This document shows, one piece after another, positions 22,609 to 30,249 of a DNA stretch of 33,598 nt. A program made the translations under genes and the position numbers. The notes under the pieces were generated by a model. The model saw nothing but the letters and a program-made list of their open reading frames with translations, did no database searches and had not been told where the DNA came from. How positions within the stretch are numbered: the first letter of the stretch is position 1; each line of letters opens with the position of its first letter. This DNA is from a virus: the IMG/VR virus record IMGVR_UViG_3300045988_096981, positions 1 to 33,598 of that record; one strand, given 5' to 3'.

Positions 22609-23523
22609 CTACTGTAACATATCCATCTGTACCGCTTCGTCTCCCGTAATGTGGTCTTTGACTTTAAGTACAGAATACTTCTTTGGTATATACATACGAA
22701 ATTGCTCATCATACCTATTCTGAATACGCAGTTCTACCATAAGACGATCTCCTGCAGTAAAACTGCATTTTCCGTTGGCTACAGCGTCTAAGAAATCACT
22801 ATCCTGAATGTCCGCTTGTATTTTCTCAGTGCCCTTAAAGAATGTCCATTTATTATTCGATTTATCTAATACTGGCTTTACTACCACAAGAGTAGCTGGT
22901 ACTACTTCGTCCTCTGCATCTTTTGACTGAACAGTCATTTTTCGAGACAGAGGCTCAAACTCACTACGATCGACCTCTACGCTATCGTTAGACGATGAGT
23001 TAAACACCAACCCGTCCACTGAATCGTCTTTTGACGTCTTTGAGAATGTACTAGCCAAAGCGTCCTGAACTGTTTGATTTTCATTATAGATAACGTATGT
23101 TGGTTGATTAACGATCATAGAACCAAAGTTATTTATAACCTGAACCTTGTTATCTTCTTGTTGGACAACTTTAGCATCACTCGTATCTCTCAAAGTCTTT
23201 TTAATTTTATACAGCTCAATAATAGTGTTGATTGTAGATAAGATTTCTTGAGTAGTCTGAATGGCAATCGGACCAGCTGTGCATATAAATTCTACAACCG
23301 CTTCAAAACTTCCTTCTTTCTGCGCAACGATATTAAGCTGTATATCGGTACGATTATTAATCTTATAGTTAACCTCTTTTGCAATGATAGACAAAGAACG
23401 TAGCGTAGCGATATATGTGTCGACATCGATATCATGACTGCTTTTTTTGAAATCTACAGTTATACTTGGCATATTTCCCTTTTTTGTTTTTATTATGTTT
23501 ATGTTTTGATTATAACATATCAT
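22609..23523 (-). CDS. Hypothetical protein, the largest unknown of the early region (304 aa, or 287 aa from the ATG at 23472)
   Basis: Long open frame with an alternative start MPSITVDF after an AAGGGA RBS. No family recognised. Confidence 0.7.
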   Translation of the reverse strand: MICYNQNINIIKTKKGNMPSITVDFKKSSHDIDVDTYIATLRSLSIIAKEVNYKINNRTDIQLNIVAQKEGSFEAVVEFICTAGPIAIQTTQEILSTINTIIELYKIKKTLRDTSDAKVVQQEDNKVQVINNFGSMIVNQPTYVIYNENQTVQDALASTFSKTSKDDSVDGLVFNSSSNDSVEVDRSEFEPLSRKMTVQSKDAEDEVVPATLVVVKPVLDKSNNKWTFFKGTEKIQADIQDSDFLDAVANGKCSFTAGDRLMVELRIQNRYDEQFRMYIPKKYSVLKVKDHITGDEAVQMDMLQ

Positions 23524-23537
23524 ATTTCTCGCTTCAC

Positions 23538-23786
23538 TTACTTACGCTTATCCATTATCACAAAATAACTCCAAGGTATTTCCCTAAAGAGACTCTCGAC
23601 TGTTTCTTCAGCGAACAGTTCAGCAATATAGACATCATCTTCCCAGCCGCTCATAATGACTTGTATATCGTCATTTTCGTACCAGAATTCATATTTGTAA
23701 TAACGATAAAATCTAACTTCAATATCTTTATACTCTTCTGGAAGTTCATTTTTGATGTTTCCATCTCTGACTATGATTTCTTTCAT
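23538..23786 (-). CDS. Hypothetical acidic protein (82 aa)
   Basis: Coupled to the upstream ORF by a TAATG overlap. Rich in aromatic and acidic residues. Confidence 0.65.
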   Translation of the reverse strand: MKEIIVRDGNIKNELPEEYKDIEVRFYRYYKYEFWYENDDIQVIMSGWEDDVYIAELFAEETVESLFREIPWSYFVIMDKRK

Positions 23787-24124
23787 TAGACTTTCTCTGC
23801 TTCTTCCAATTCCTTAAGTTTTTCAGCAACGTCCTTGGTATATTTCCCTTCGTATTCATCTTGGCAACGTTTATCTAATAACTTAATTATTTCATCTAGT
23901 GAATAGATGCATTTCGGATTACGCTCTTCTATTGGACCATAACAGCTACAGTGTCCTAATTCTAGTAGTATAAACTTACCATTATTATCTTTGAGTACTG
24001 CTGCACCATTTCCGCTATATATATAGCCTTCATAGTTATAGATGAAATACTCATAAATTCTTTCGTCTAAATATTCTAAATCGTATTCACCTAAGGGATC
24101 TTTACCGACGTTATAGATTTTCAT
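23786..24124 (-). CDS. Hypothetical protein (112 aa from the ATG at 24124; the ORF track extends it to 24205)
   Basis: ATGA overlap with the stop of 24121-24510. The sequence begins MKIYNVGKDPLGEY... Confidence 0.65.
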   Translation of the reverse strand: MKIYNVGKDPLGEYDLEYLDERIYEYFIYNYEGYIYSGNGAAVLKDNNGKFILLELGHCSCYGPIEERNPKCIYSLDEIIKLLDKRCQDEYEGKYTKDVAEKLKELEEAEKV

Positions 24125-24510
24125 TTTATAATTCCTTTCTTTTCCATTTCTGCCACCGCTATAGCTAGTTTCAATACAGCGTGCAGTGGGTTCTGCGCGG
24201 CACATTCCAAACCATCCTCTATTGCAAATCCTTCATCATCCTCATAGAGTGCTAACCAACCATTCCTGTATTGTCCTTGTCTAGTAGATAGTGCTAATGT
24301 GCCAAAACCAGAGTCACCATCAATAGTTTTTGGCAACTTATCCAATAAATATTCCAGCGTGAATCTTGGTGCTTCATCAGAATATGCAATAAAATTGTAG
24401 CCCCTTACAATCCCTGGTGGATGACCTGTTGCTTGAATGGATAATTTGTCCTCTGTCGTCCAATCGGGCTTTAGTTTATGTAGCCTCTTACATAATTCAA
24501 ATGTTTCCAT
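24121..24510 (-). CDS. Hypothetical protein (129 aa)
   Basis: ATG with an AAAGGA RBS. First gene of a four-gene coupled block. Confidence 0.65.
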   Translation of the reverse strand: METFELCKRLHKLKPDWTTEDKLSIQATGHPPGIVRGYNFIAYSDEAPRFTLEYLLDKLPKTIDGDSGFGTLALSTRQGQYRNGWLALYEDDEGFAIEDGLECAAQNPLHAVLKLAIAVAEMEKKGIIK

Positions 24511-24554
24511 TGATTTTTTCCTTTTCTACATTCCATTACTATAGCTTTTACTGC

Positions 24555-24743
24555 TCATATTTCCTTTCCGTCCTTGTAACATTTCGAGTAGCCCATTTGA
24601 CCACCAGCTGTTTTACAGCGAGCTTCAGTGTTCATATTTTGAACCATCCAGGCAATAAACAGGCATCCAGCAGCAAATACTAAAGTCGGTATTATGAAAG
24701 CTGCTACATTGCTCCAGTCAATGTTAAACTTCGTTTTCTTCAT
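24555..24743 (-). CDS. Small membrane protein (62 aa, one TM, Cys-containing tail)
   Basis: TM segment VAAFIIPTLVFAAGCLFIAWMV; AAGGAG RBS. Confidence 0.55.
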   Translation of the reverse strand: MKKTKFNIDWSNVAAFIIPTLVFAAGCLFIAWMVQNMNTEARCKTAGGQMGYSKCYKDGKEI

Positions 24744-24766
24744 AAATATCTCCTTTTTCTAGTGGT

Positions 24767-25168
24767 TTAGTTGACATTCCCTTTGAAAATCACTATCGCG
24801 CTCGGAAATGGTGCCGGGTTTGGTTGGTCATCAAACTTAAGCCTGCCTTTTATGTAACGAATTTCGGTCGCTTTCATGCAGTAGTCGTGCCACCAGCGTG
24901 TGTCGGTTCGGCTTGGTATTAAAAACACGACTGTTTTACCTTTCTGCCATTCCTGGTAGCCTTTCTCAATCCATTTTGGTAATTCTCTACCGTATGGTGG
25001 GTTGACGTAGTTTGATCTACCCCAATCGTTGGACAGCCCATCAATTTTGCCGTCCCAGCCAGCAGGACATGGGTCGTAGTCAAACTGAAACTCTGAATCA
25101 AGTACCTGATAGACGGCTTTGGGTGTTCGCCAGTCCATTCTTAATGAGCTAAAGTGTGGCTTGGTCAT
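24767..25168 (-). CDS. Phage Dam-type DNA N6-adenine methyltransferase (133 aa)
   Basis: DWRTPKAVYQVLDSEFQFDYDPC...NYVNPPYGRELPKWIEK...FLIPSRTDTRWWH matches the small phage Dam family pattern, including NPPY. Confidence 0.8.
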   Translation of the reverse strand: MTKPHFSSLRMDWRTPKAVYQVLDSEFQFDYDPCPAGWDGKIDGLSNDWGRSNYVNPPYGRELPKWIEKGYQEWQKGKTVVFLIPSRTDTRWWHDYCMKATEIRYIKGRLKFDDQPNPAPFPSAIVIFKGNVN

Positions 25169-25176
25169 AATCTTCC

Positions 25177-25527
25177 TTATTTATCAAAACCCTCCTGCAA
25201 CATTTCTTTGAGGCAGGTCGAGCCGTTATAGAACTGCGTTATGAATTCATAGACACCATCTTGAACTTGAGTGATTTCAATAAAGTTGTCATACACGTCG
25301 AAATCTTTATCTAATTCAACTTTATAAATACAATTCCCGTCGATAACGATATAGCCGCTATCCTCTAATTCATACTCGTCAACTTCTTCTGCATCTCTAT
25401 AGTATTTATCACGTTCTTCTCTAGGTACACTTTGCCAGAACTTTTTCAAGTTAGCTTGAAGTTCATCAGCATCTTTATATTTTTTACAAAGTTTAAGTTT
25501 TCCTTTGAATCCTACAGTTTCACTCAT
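25177..25527 (-). CDS. Hypothetical acidic protein (116 aa)
   Basis: Open frame with an AAAGGA RBS. No family recognised. Confidence 0.65.
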   Translation of the reverse strand: MSETVGFKGKLKLCKKYKDADELQANLKKFWQSVPREERDKYYRDAEEVDEYELEDSGYIVIDGNCIYKVELDKDFDVYDNFIEITQVQDGVYEFITQFYNGSTCLKEMLQEGFDK

Positions 25528-25615
25528 TGTTATTTCCTTTATTTATACGAGGCACAATATTTAGTAATTCCACCTCTGTTATTTTATTCTCACTTATTTG
25601 TAGTTAGTAATTTCA

Positions 25616-25830
25616 ACCGTAGAACTGGGGCAAGGCGACACCAAAATGTATATCATTGATTAATTACTTTAAGGTTTGATGTTGCCAGTTGAACAGACGA
25701 CTCGGGTGGGCAAAATGGTCATCTGTCCAGTTGACAGCACAATCACGGAGCGAAGGATTTCTCACTTTTCGGCTTACTCCCGTTCGGGAACCCAGCTTTA
25801 TTCCTCAGATCATGCTGCCAGTTCTACGGT
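25616..25830. other. Candidate structured RNA or iteron-type DNA element, closed by a perfect 13-bp long-range inverted repeat
   Basis: ACCGTAGAACTGG (25616-25628) pairs with CCAGTTCTACGGT (25818-25830). CCAGTT boxes lie at 25685, 25727 and 25818. It sits inside a 340-nt ORF-free gap. Confidence 0.3.
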
Positions 25831-25867
25831 CGATGTTAATGTTCTACTGGGTACAAATTGTACCCGT

Positions 25868-26098
25868 TTATTTACGTTTGCTTATACGACCACCTTTTTT
25901 ACCTGCACACTTCTTTACAAAGTGAGGACCGTCGATTAGGTCGCAATCGCATTCAATATCTTGTGCAAATCCCTTACAAGTTCCGTGGCTTGCAAATGTA
26001 GCAGAGCCACCCTTTCGTCCGATTTCTGCGTAGAAGTTTGGGTTGCTCGCTAAGTTTTTCTGAGCGGCTTTCAGTCCGCCCTGCTTGGTTCCTGACAT
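25868..26098 (-). CDS. KGG-repeat (YciG/GsiB-like) stress-protein homologue with an inserted Cys cluster (76 aa)
   Basis: FYAEIGRKGG and AGKKGG match the KGG stress motif; CKGFAQDIECDCD...KKC is an added Cys cluster. Confidence 0.55.
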   Translation of the reverse strand: MSGTKQGGLKAAQKNLASNPNFYAEIGRKGGSATFASHGTCKGFAQDIECDCDLIDGPHFVKKCAGKKGGRISKRK

Positions 26099-26108
26099 AG
26101 TTTACTCC

Positions 26109-26318
26109 TTAAAATAGCTTTGGACGCTCACCGTTTATACGGCTGTCTAGTATTTGATTAATTCGATGGATTATATACTCTCGCTCGTTTAGTTCTTCTA
26201 GAGCACCATCTTTCATTTCTAATAAGTCTTCTGTACTCATTTCATCTAATGACTGATAATCGTCCTCGTAATAAGGTTGTATTACTTCTCTTTCCACGTC
26301 TTTTCCTCCTTTTTCCAT
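26109..26318 (-). CDS. Hypothetical acidic protein (69 aa; alternative GTG start at 26297 after AAGGAGG)
   Basis: Open frame with two plausible starts. Confidence 0.6.
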   Translation of the reverse strand: MEKGGKDVEREVIQPYYEDDYQSLDEMSTEDLLEMKDGALEELNEREYIIHRINQILDSRINGERPKLF

Positions 26319-26437
26319 ATATCATTCTTCCTGAACTCTTTTAGCCATTCTTTGTCTTGTTTAGCTATGTTGTACTCTGAGATAGCCACGAGAATTAGAA
26401 TGAATGCTACAAATATTATCCAAATTAGCGTGTACAT
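26282..26437 (-). CDS. Small membrane protein (51 aa), not in the ORF track
   Basis: My translation is MYTLIWIIFVAFILILVAISEYNIAKQDKEWLKEFRKNDIWKKEEKTWKEK. The start overlaps the upstream stop (TAATG). It fills an otherwise empty 118-nt gap. Confidence 0.4.
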   Translation of the reverse strand: MYTLIWIIFVAFILILVAISEYNIAKQDKEWLKEFRKNDIWKKEEKTWKEK

Positions 26438-26736
26438 TATCGTTCTCTCTTTTCCTCGATAAGACCAATGACGTCTTTAACTTCGCCTATATGTTCTTTC
26501 GAAAGACCATCTATATACTGCATAATCTTCACAGCGCTGGGCTGTCGCTTATCGGCAACTTGATATGCTGTTTCCATCAGGTTGAACCAGATATGCTTAA
26601 GGGCTATCTCGTGCAACGTTAGGTTTCTCATTAAATCCTCATCATCAAGGTTGTCTAGTTGAGAATACACTTTGCCGAGGACTTCATCCAACAATCGCCA
26701 TATGTATTCTTTGTCAAAATTGATATTCTGTTCCAT
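26437..26736 (-). CDS. Hypothetical protein (99 aa)
   Basis: Open frame directly abutting the NinG-like gene. Confidence 0.6.
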   Translation of the reverse strand: MEQNINFDKEYIWRLLDEVLGKVYSQLDNLDDEDLMRNLTLHEIALKHIWFNLMETAYQVADKRQPSAVKIMQYIDGLSKEHIGEVKDVIGLIEEKRER

Positions 26737-27111
26737 TTATAGTTCCTCTGTTTTATCCTTGATGTCTTTAATTAAGATTTCCAGCTCTCCGTCCGTCCAT
26801 TTGTAGGGCTTTTTCATACTCTCTAATAGGTCAACGATATCTTCGCCGTAAGTTTTAAGCATGAATCTTGTGTAACCAATCATATTTCCTTCATCGAATC
26901 GATTACACGATCGACATTGAGCGTGTACGTTTCGCTCGTCGTATCTTAACGCCATCCATCTTCTGTTTATGAAGTGTCCAGCGTCAGCCTGTTCAAATGG
27001 CTTTCTCTGATCGCACGAACAACAAGTAAAGAATCCGTCTTCAGAATCTCTCATTCGTATATATTTTGAGAAAATCCTATCAGCTTTCTGAATTAATTTT
27101 CGACTTGCCAC
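26737..27111 (-). CDS. ninG: NinG-like recombination protein (Cys4 / His nuclease-like)
   Basis: ADRIFSKYIRMRD...CCSC...AGHFINRRWMALRYDERNVHAQCRSCNRFDEGN matches the lambda NinG family pattern. Confidence 0.65.
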   Translation of the reverse strand: MASRKLIQKADRIFSKYIRMRDSEDGFFTCCSCDQRKPFEQADAGHFINRRWMALRYDERNVHAQCRSCNRFDEGNMIGYTRFMLKTYGEDIVDLLESMKKPYKWTDGELEILIKDIKDKTEEL

Positions 27112-27112
27112 G

Positions 27113-27373
27113 CTATTCTCCTAGCCGCCAAACTCTTACGAATCTGCCATTCATAATTGGTCGTTCGCTTTTTCGCCAGCCAACAGGCTTAAAATCACTG
27201 TTAAAGACTTTACCTGTCGTGTTTCTGTGGATGTATTCAGGGCGAGGGCACTCTTTTAAGACGTCCTCAATCGTGATAAGCGATTTATCTTCTAATAGTT
27301 TCTTAGCGGTTACACGAGCCTCCTCCAGCCACGCCTCCCGCTCTTTTTTGAATAAATCTTTGACGGTTACCAT
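27113..27373 (-). CDS. Hypothetical protein (86 aa)
   Basis: Open frame tightly packed between its neighbours. Confidence 0.6.
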   Translation of the reverse strand: MVTVKDLFKKEREAWLEEARVTAKKLLEDKSLITIEDVLKECPRPEYIHRNTTGKVFNSDFKPVGWRKSERPIMNGRFVRVWRLGE

Positions 27374-27549
27374 ATTAGCTTGTCCTCTGTGATAAAACCA
27401 TCTAAAGTTGTTATTTTACGGATAGTACCACCAGATTTCTTTCTAAAATCTCGAGCCTCTTTCCTTGTCGTAAAATTTCTGCTTAGCGTTTCGTTTTTGA
27501 CGATGTACGTTGTGCAGTTGTTTACGTCCCTTAATCTCTGTGAAGTCAT
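27367..27549 (-). CDS. Hypothetical protein (60 aa). It overlaps the 3' end of 27443-27703 in the +1 frame.
   Basis: The ATG at 27549 lies 6 nt after a GGGGGG(AAGAG) tract. The composition looks globular. Confidence 0.5.
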   Translation of the reverse strand: MTSQRLRDVNNCTTYIVKNETLSRNFTTRKEARDFRKKSGGTIRKITTLDGFITEDKLIW

Positions 27550-27703
27550 TCTCTTCCCCCCGATTCAATCTTCGTGAGATTACTAAATTGTTATCTATAA
27601 ACGTCCACTTAAACTTCCTCATAAAACTGATGTCTGGGTCTACAATGCGAATCGTAAACCCATTGTCAGTTTCGAGAAGGTAGACTTTTTTTCTTCTCGT
27701 CAT
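27443..27703 (-). CDS. Hypothetical protein (86 aa). The last ~35 aa are basic and low-complexity, and overlap the next ORF.
   Basis: Open frame from the ATG at 27703. The overlap zone begins at a G6 tract (27561-27556). Confidence 0.5.
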   Translation of the reverse strand: MTRRKKVYLLETDNGFTIRIVDPDISFMRKFKWTFIDNNLVISRRLNRGEENDFTEIKGRKQLHNVHRQKRNAKQKFYDKERGSRF

Positions 27704-27711
27704 TCGGTCTC

Positions 27712-28251
27712 CTAAAAAGGTATTTCGCTCAAATCGACAGGTTCGCTGATATCAATGTCTTCAGTAATATCTTCAGTACTTTTTTCAGATTTATTCTTCA
27801 GCTTCGGTTCATATGCCCAGATGCTTCGCTCGTATCGATATTTCTCGTCACCGTTATTATCTATATATGTCTCTTCTGTTTTTTGGATTGTGTACCAACA
27901 AGATTTCCCTGGCAACTTCTGAACAAGCTGAGACATTTCATACAGACTTTTCATATTCTTGAAAAAGTCGCGAACTTTCTGCTTCTGGTCATCATCTTTG
28001 GCGTTGTGTACAAAAATCTTGCGGATTTTATCAACTGAAAAAGGTGTTGCTGCACCAGTGAACCACAATCGCGCCTCACCCTGCTCGCCGTTCACACTTT
28101 CGACTTTTACATTCAGAAACACTTTATCGTTCGGGTTTTTCTCAAAACTCGCTTCAGTGATTGTTACAGCGTGAACACCTTCAGTAAAATATGTCGATTC
28201 TTTCAAATCTTCCTCGCTTAATTTCATATTCTTCAATTCTTCGTCCGTCAT
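27712..28251 (-). CDS. Single-stranded DNA-binding protein (non-canonical, acidic tail ending in IPF)
   Basis: The C-terminus ...DISEPVDLSEIPF mimics the bacterial SSB DDDIPF tip. The gene follows the ERF and exonuclease genes. Confidence 0.6.
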   Translation of the reverse strand: MTDEELKNMKLSEEDLKESTYFTEGVHAVTITEASFEKNPNDKVFLNVKVESVNGEQGEARLWFTGAATPFSVDKIRKIFVHNAKDDDQKQKVRDFFKNMKSLYEMSQLVQKLPGKSCWYTIQKTEETYIDNNGDEKYRYERSIWAYEPKLKNKSEKSTEDITEDIDISEPVDLSEIPF

Positions 28252-28267
28252 ACCCCTTATCCTTTCC

Positions 28268-29050
28268 TTAGAACATTAATTTTTGGACTTCTCTTTCAAC
28301 TAATCCAAGAGTGGCGTTTTGCACTCTGCCAGTTAGCTCGATTTTTTCTCGATAATCTTCTCGCTTTAATTCAAATATTTGTAACCCTAAATCTGGATTC
28401 GTGAACACGTCCGAATAAATACAGAAGTAGAGTTTTTGTAGATTTTCATTTACTAAGAAGTACTGAATAATCTGAGCTTCATACTCAAGCGGTGGACGTT
28501 TTTCATAGTAAGCTTTTACTACTTTCCAGCTATCTAAGCATTTGATTTCTACAGCCTCTGAGACTTTTTCTGTATCGTCTACAATTTCGCCGTCTGGTGA
28601 GCAAATCATATATTCGTTTTCTTCAGACTGCCAAACTCGACCAGGGATAATTTTCTTGCCAAGTTTTTCAGAAATCAGCTCTCTAGCTTCCTCTTCTAGG
28701 ATTTGACCTCTCATCATAGCCGAATAAGTAGCACCTTCTGGTATTCTATCTGCATAGTCATTCGGATTAATTGGCTTTGCTATTCGCTGAGCAATTAGCT
28801 TATAGATTGAATCGTTTATTTGAACATTCGCATAGAGTTCATTCAATTCATCTTCAGTAAGCATTGCCTTGATGTTATCCATGGTTAGATTTTTCGGGAA
28901 ATCATAGCCTTTACTTTCAGCGAACTCAACCAGCTCGGCTTTTGGTATATACCGAACTGATGAGTAATCTTTAGCAGATGATCCAGATATCCTGCCTTCG
29001 TGAAAATCCAACCACTCTTGACTTCGTTGTTCAATGTCTAGGATTTTCAT
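28268..29050 (-). CDS. YqaJ/lambda-Exo-like recombination exonuclease (PD-(D/E)xK)
   Basis: The N-terminus QRSQEWLDFHEGRISGSSAKD is the YqaJ signature. ...SPDGEI...EIKC gives the catalytic D...E-x-K. Confidence 0.8.
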   Translation of the reverse strand: MKILDIEQRSQEWLDFHEGRISGSSAKDYSSVRYIPKAELVEFAESKGYDFPKNLTMDNIKAMLTEDELNELYANVQINDSIYKLIAQRIAKPINPNDYADRIPEGATYSAMMRGQILEEEARELISEKLGKKIIPGRVWQSEENEYMICSPDGEIVDDTEKVSEAVEIKCLDSWKVVKAYYEKRPPLEYEAQIIQYFLVNENLQKLYFCIYSDVFTNPDLGLQIFELKREDYREKIELTGRVQNATLGLVEREVQKLMF

Positions 29051-29607
29051 TCGTTACCTCCTAGCTTTGCCTTTATCTCGTCCTTAACGCCGACAAGCTC
29101 ACGTGATAGCTTTGGATTAGCTCTAAGAATCTTAGTATACTTTTCTTTTAATTCACCTAAAGTCTTACAGGCTCGTAAGGCTGTTTCAGCAGCTTTTAGG
29201 TCGGCAGACTCTTTGTCGGTTCTTTCTTTGAGTTTACGCTCAAGATTACCGTCATCATCAGTATCGACAAGTAAATCAAGCATTGCTATGTATGAATATC
29301 GCTTCATGTAAGTAATGCCTGAGCCTTGCGTCTGAGGATTGTTAGGCGCGCTTTCAACTGGTGCAACATCTTCAAGCATCTCGCCACTTTCTAGGTGAAT
29401 AAGCTTTGTCCTAATAGCCGTTTTAGTGTCAATATGGCTAATTGTTTGCTTAACCATCAATCCACATTTCTCTAAATCCTCTCGTGTTTCACTAACTACA
29501 ACATTGTAGTCTGCATACTTGCTTTTGAAATACGGGTTTTCTTTTGAGGCTTTAACCAGTGGTGTTATTTTGCGAAACTCTTGTAAGGCTTTGTATAATT
29601 CACTCAT
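29047..29607 (-). CDS. ERF-family single-strand annealing protein
   Basis: ...VKASKENPYFKSKYADYNVVVSETREDLEKCGLMVKQ matches the ERF motif (np.fkskYAdl...L...Gl). Confidence 0.8.
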   Translation of the reverse strand: MSELYKALQEFRKITPLVKASKENPYFKSKYADYNVVVSETREDLEKCGLMVKQTISHIDTKTAIRTKLIHLESGEMLEDVAPVESAPNNPQTQGSGITYMKRYSYIAMLDLLVDTDDDGNLERKLKERTDKESADLKAAETALRACKTLGELKEKYTKILRANPKLSRELVGVKDEIKAKLGGNE

Positions 29608-29620
29608 CTATGCCTCCTTT

Positions 29621-30004
29621 CTATAAAAATCTTAAATATCTTCCATTCGTGTAAACTGACCAAGCCTTATATCCTTGTGATTTCCACACGTGATAAGCAC
29701 AGTCAATATTTATTTCTGGGTTGTGCGAATCGCAAGCTTCTCGTCCAGGCAAAATTCGTACCTGAAATAGAGAAACTGAATAGCCATATGTTCTTCCGTT
29801 TTGTGTAAATGTCAGGCTTGTATCACCTGTAGCATTTTCATTGCACGAACTCTCAGCTTGCATAATAGCTTTCATAATTCGCACGTCCCAATTGTATTTC
29901 TCAAGTAAAGGTTGAAACCTGTCGCAGCCGCCTACACCAGCTTTCTCCATAGCTTTTTGAGGTGCAGGCGAGGCTTCAACCTTTGCGGCAGTTTGTGGTA
30001 GCAA
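29621..30004 (-). CDS. Lysozyme-like / SLT-type transglycosylase domain protein. The start is uncertain: TTG at 30004 lies inside a hairpin.
   Basis: IMQAESSCNENATGD...YGYSVSLFQV is the E-S...GL(F)Q transglycosylase motif. There is no signal peptide of its own. Confidence 0.6.
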   Translation of the reverse strand: MLPQTAAKVEASPAPQKAMEKAGVGGCDRFQPLLEKYNWDVRIMKAIMQAESSCNENATGDTSLTFTQNGRTYGYSVSLFQVRILPGREACDSHNPEINIDCAYHVWKSQGYKAWSVYTNGRYLRFL

Positions 30005-30024
30005 CGGTTGCCGCTTTTCCGTTG

Positions 30025-30249
30025 CTACTGTTTTGACACTTCAACTTTGACATTCTTGACGATTGTCGCCGCTTCAGCTTTGACTTGTTCAGTTTGGTTT
30101 TTCTGATATTGCATACCGCCGATAAAAGCGATAATTCCTGTAATTAAAATCGTGATGATGATAGTTTTGATAGTTTCAATATTAAGTTTTTTCATTTTCT
30201 TCTCCTTGTTTTGTTTTTTGTTTTCTTTATTCTCTTTTACGCTAGACAT
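30025..30249 (-). CDS. Small membrane-anchor protein (74 aa, Lys-rich N-terminus, one TM)
   Basis: TM segment IKTIIITILITGIIAFIGGM. The stop codon lies inside the 10-bp hairpin at 29998-30028. Confidence 0.6.
   Translation of the reverse strand: MSSVKENKENKKQNKEKKMKKLNIETIKTIIITILITGIIAFIGGMQYQKNQTEQVKAEAATIVKNVKVEVSKQ

Noticed and set aside
25800-25815. A hammerhead ribozyme core (CUGAGGA on the minus strand) in the ORF-free island
   Set aside because: The residues after CUGANGA do not open a stem II. I could not place a matching GAAA plus stem III and cleavage site.
25616-25830. A retron-like msr/msd, because flanking inverted repeats enclose about 190 nt
   Set aside because: No reverse transcriptase ORF (no YxDD-containing protein) exists anywhere in this complete genome.
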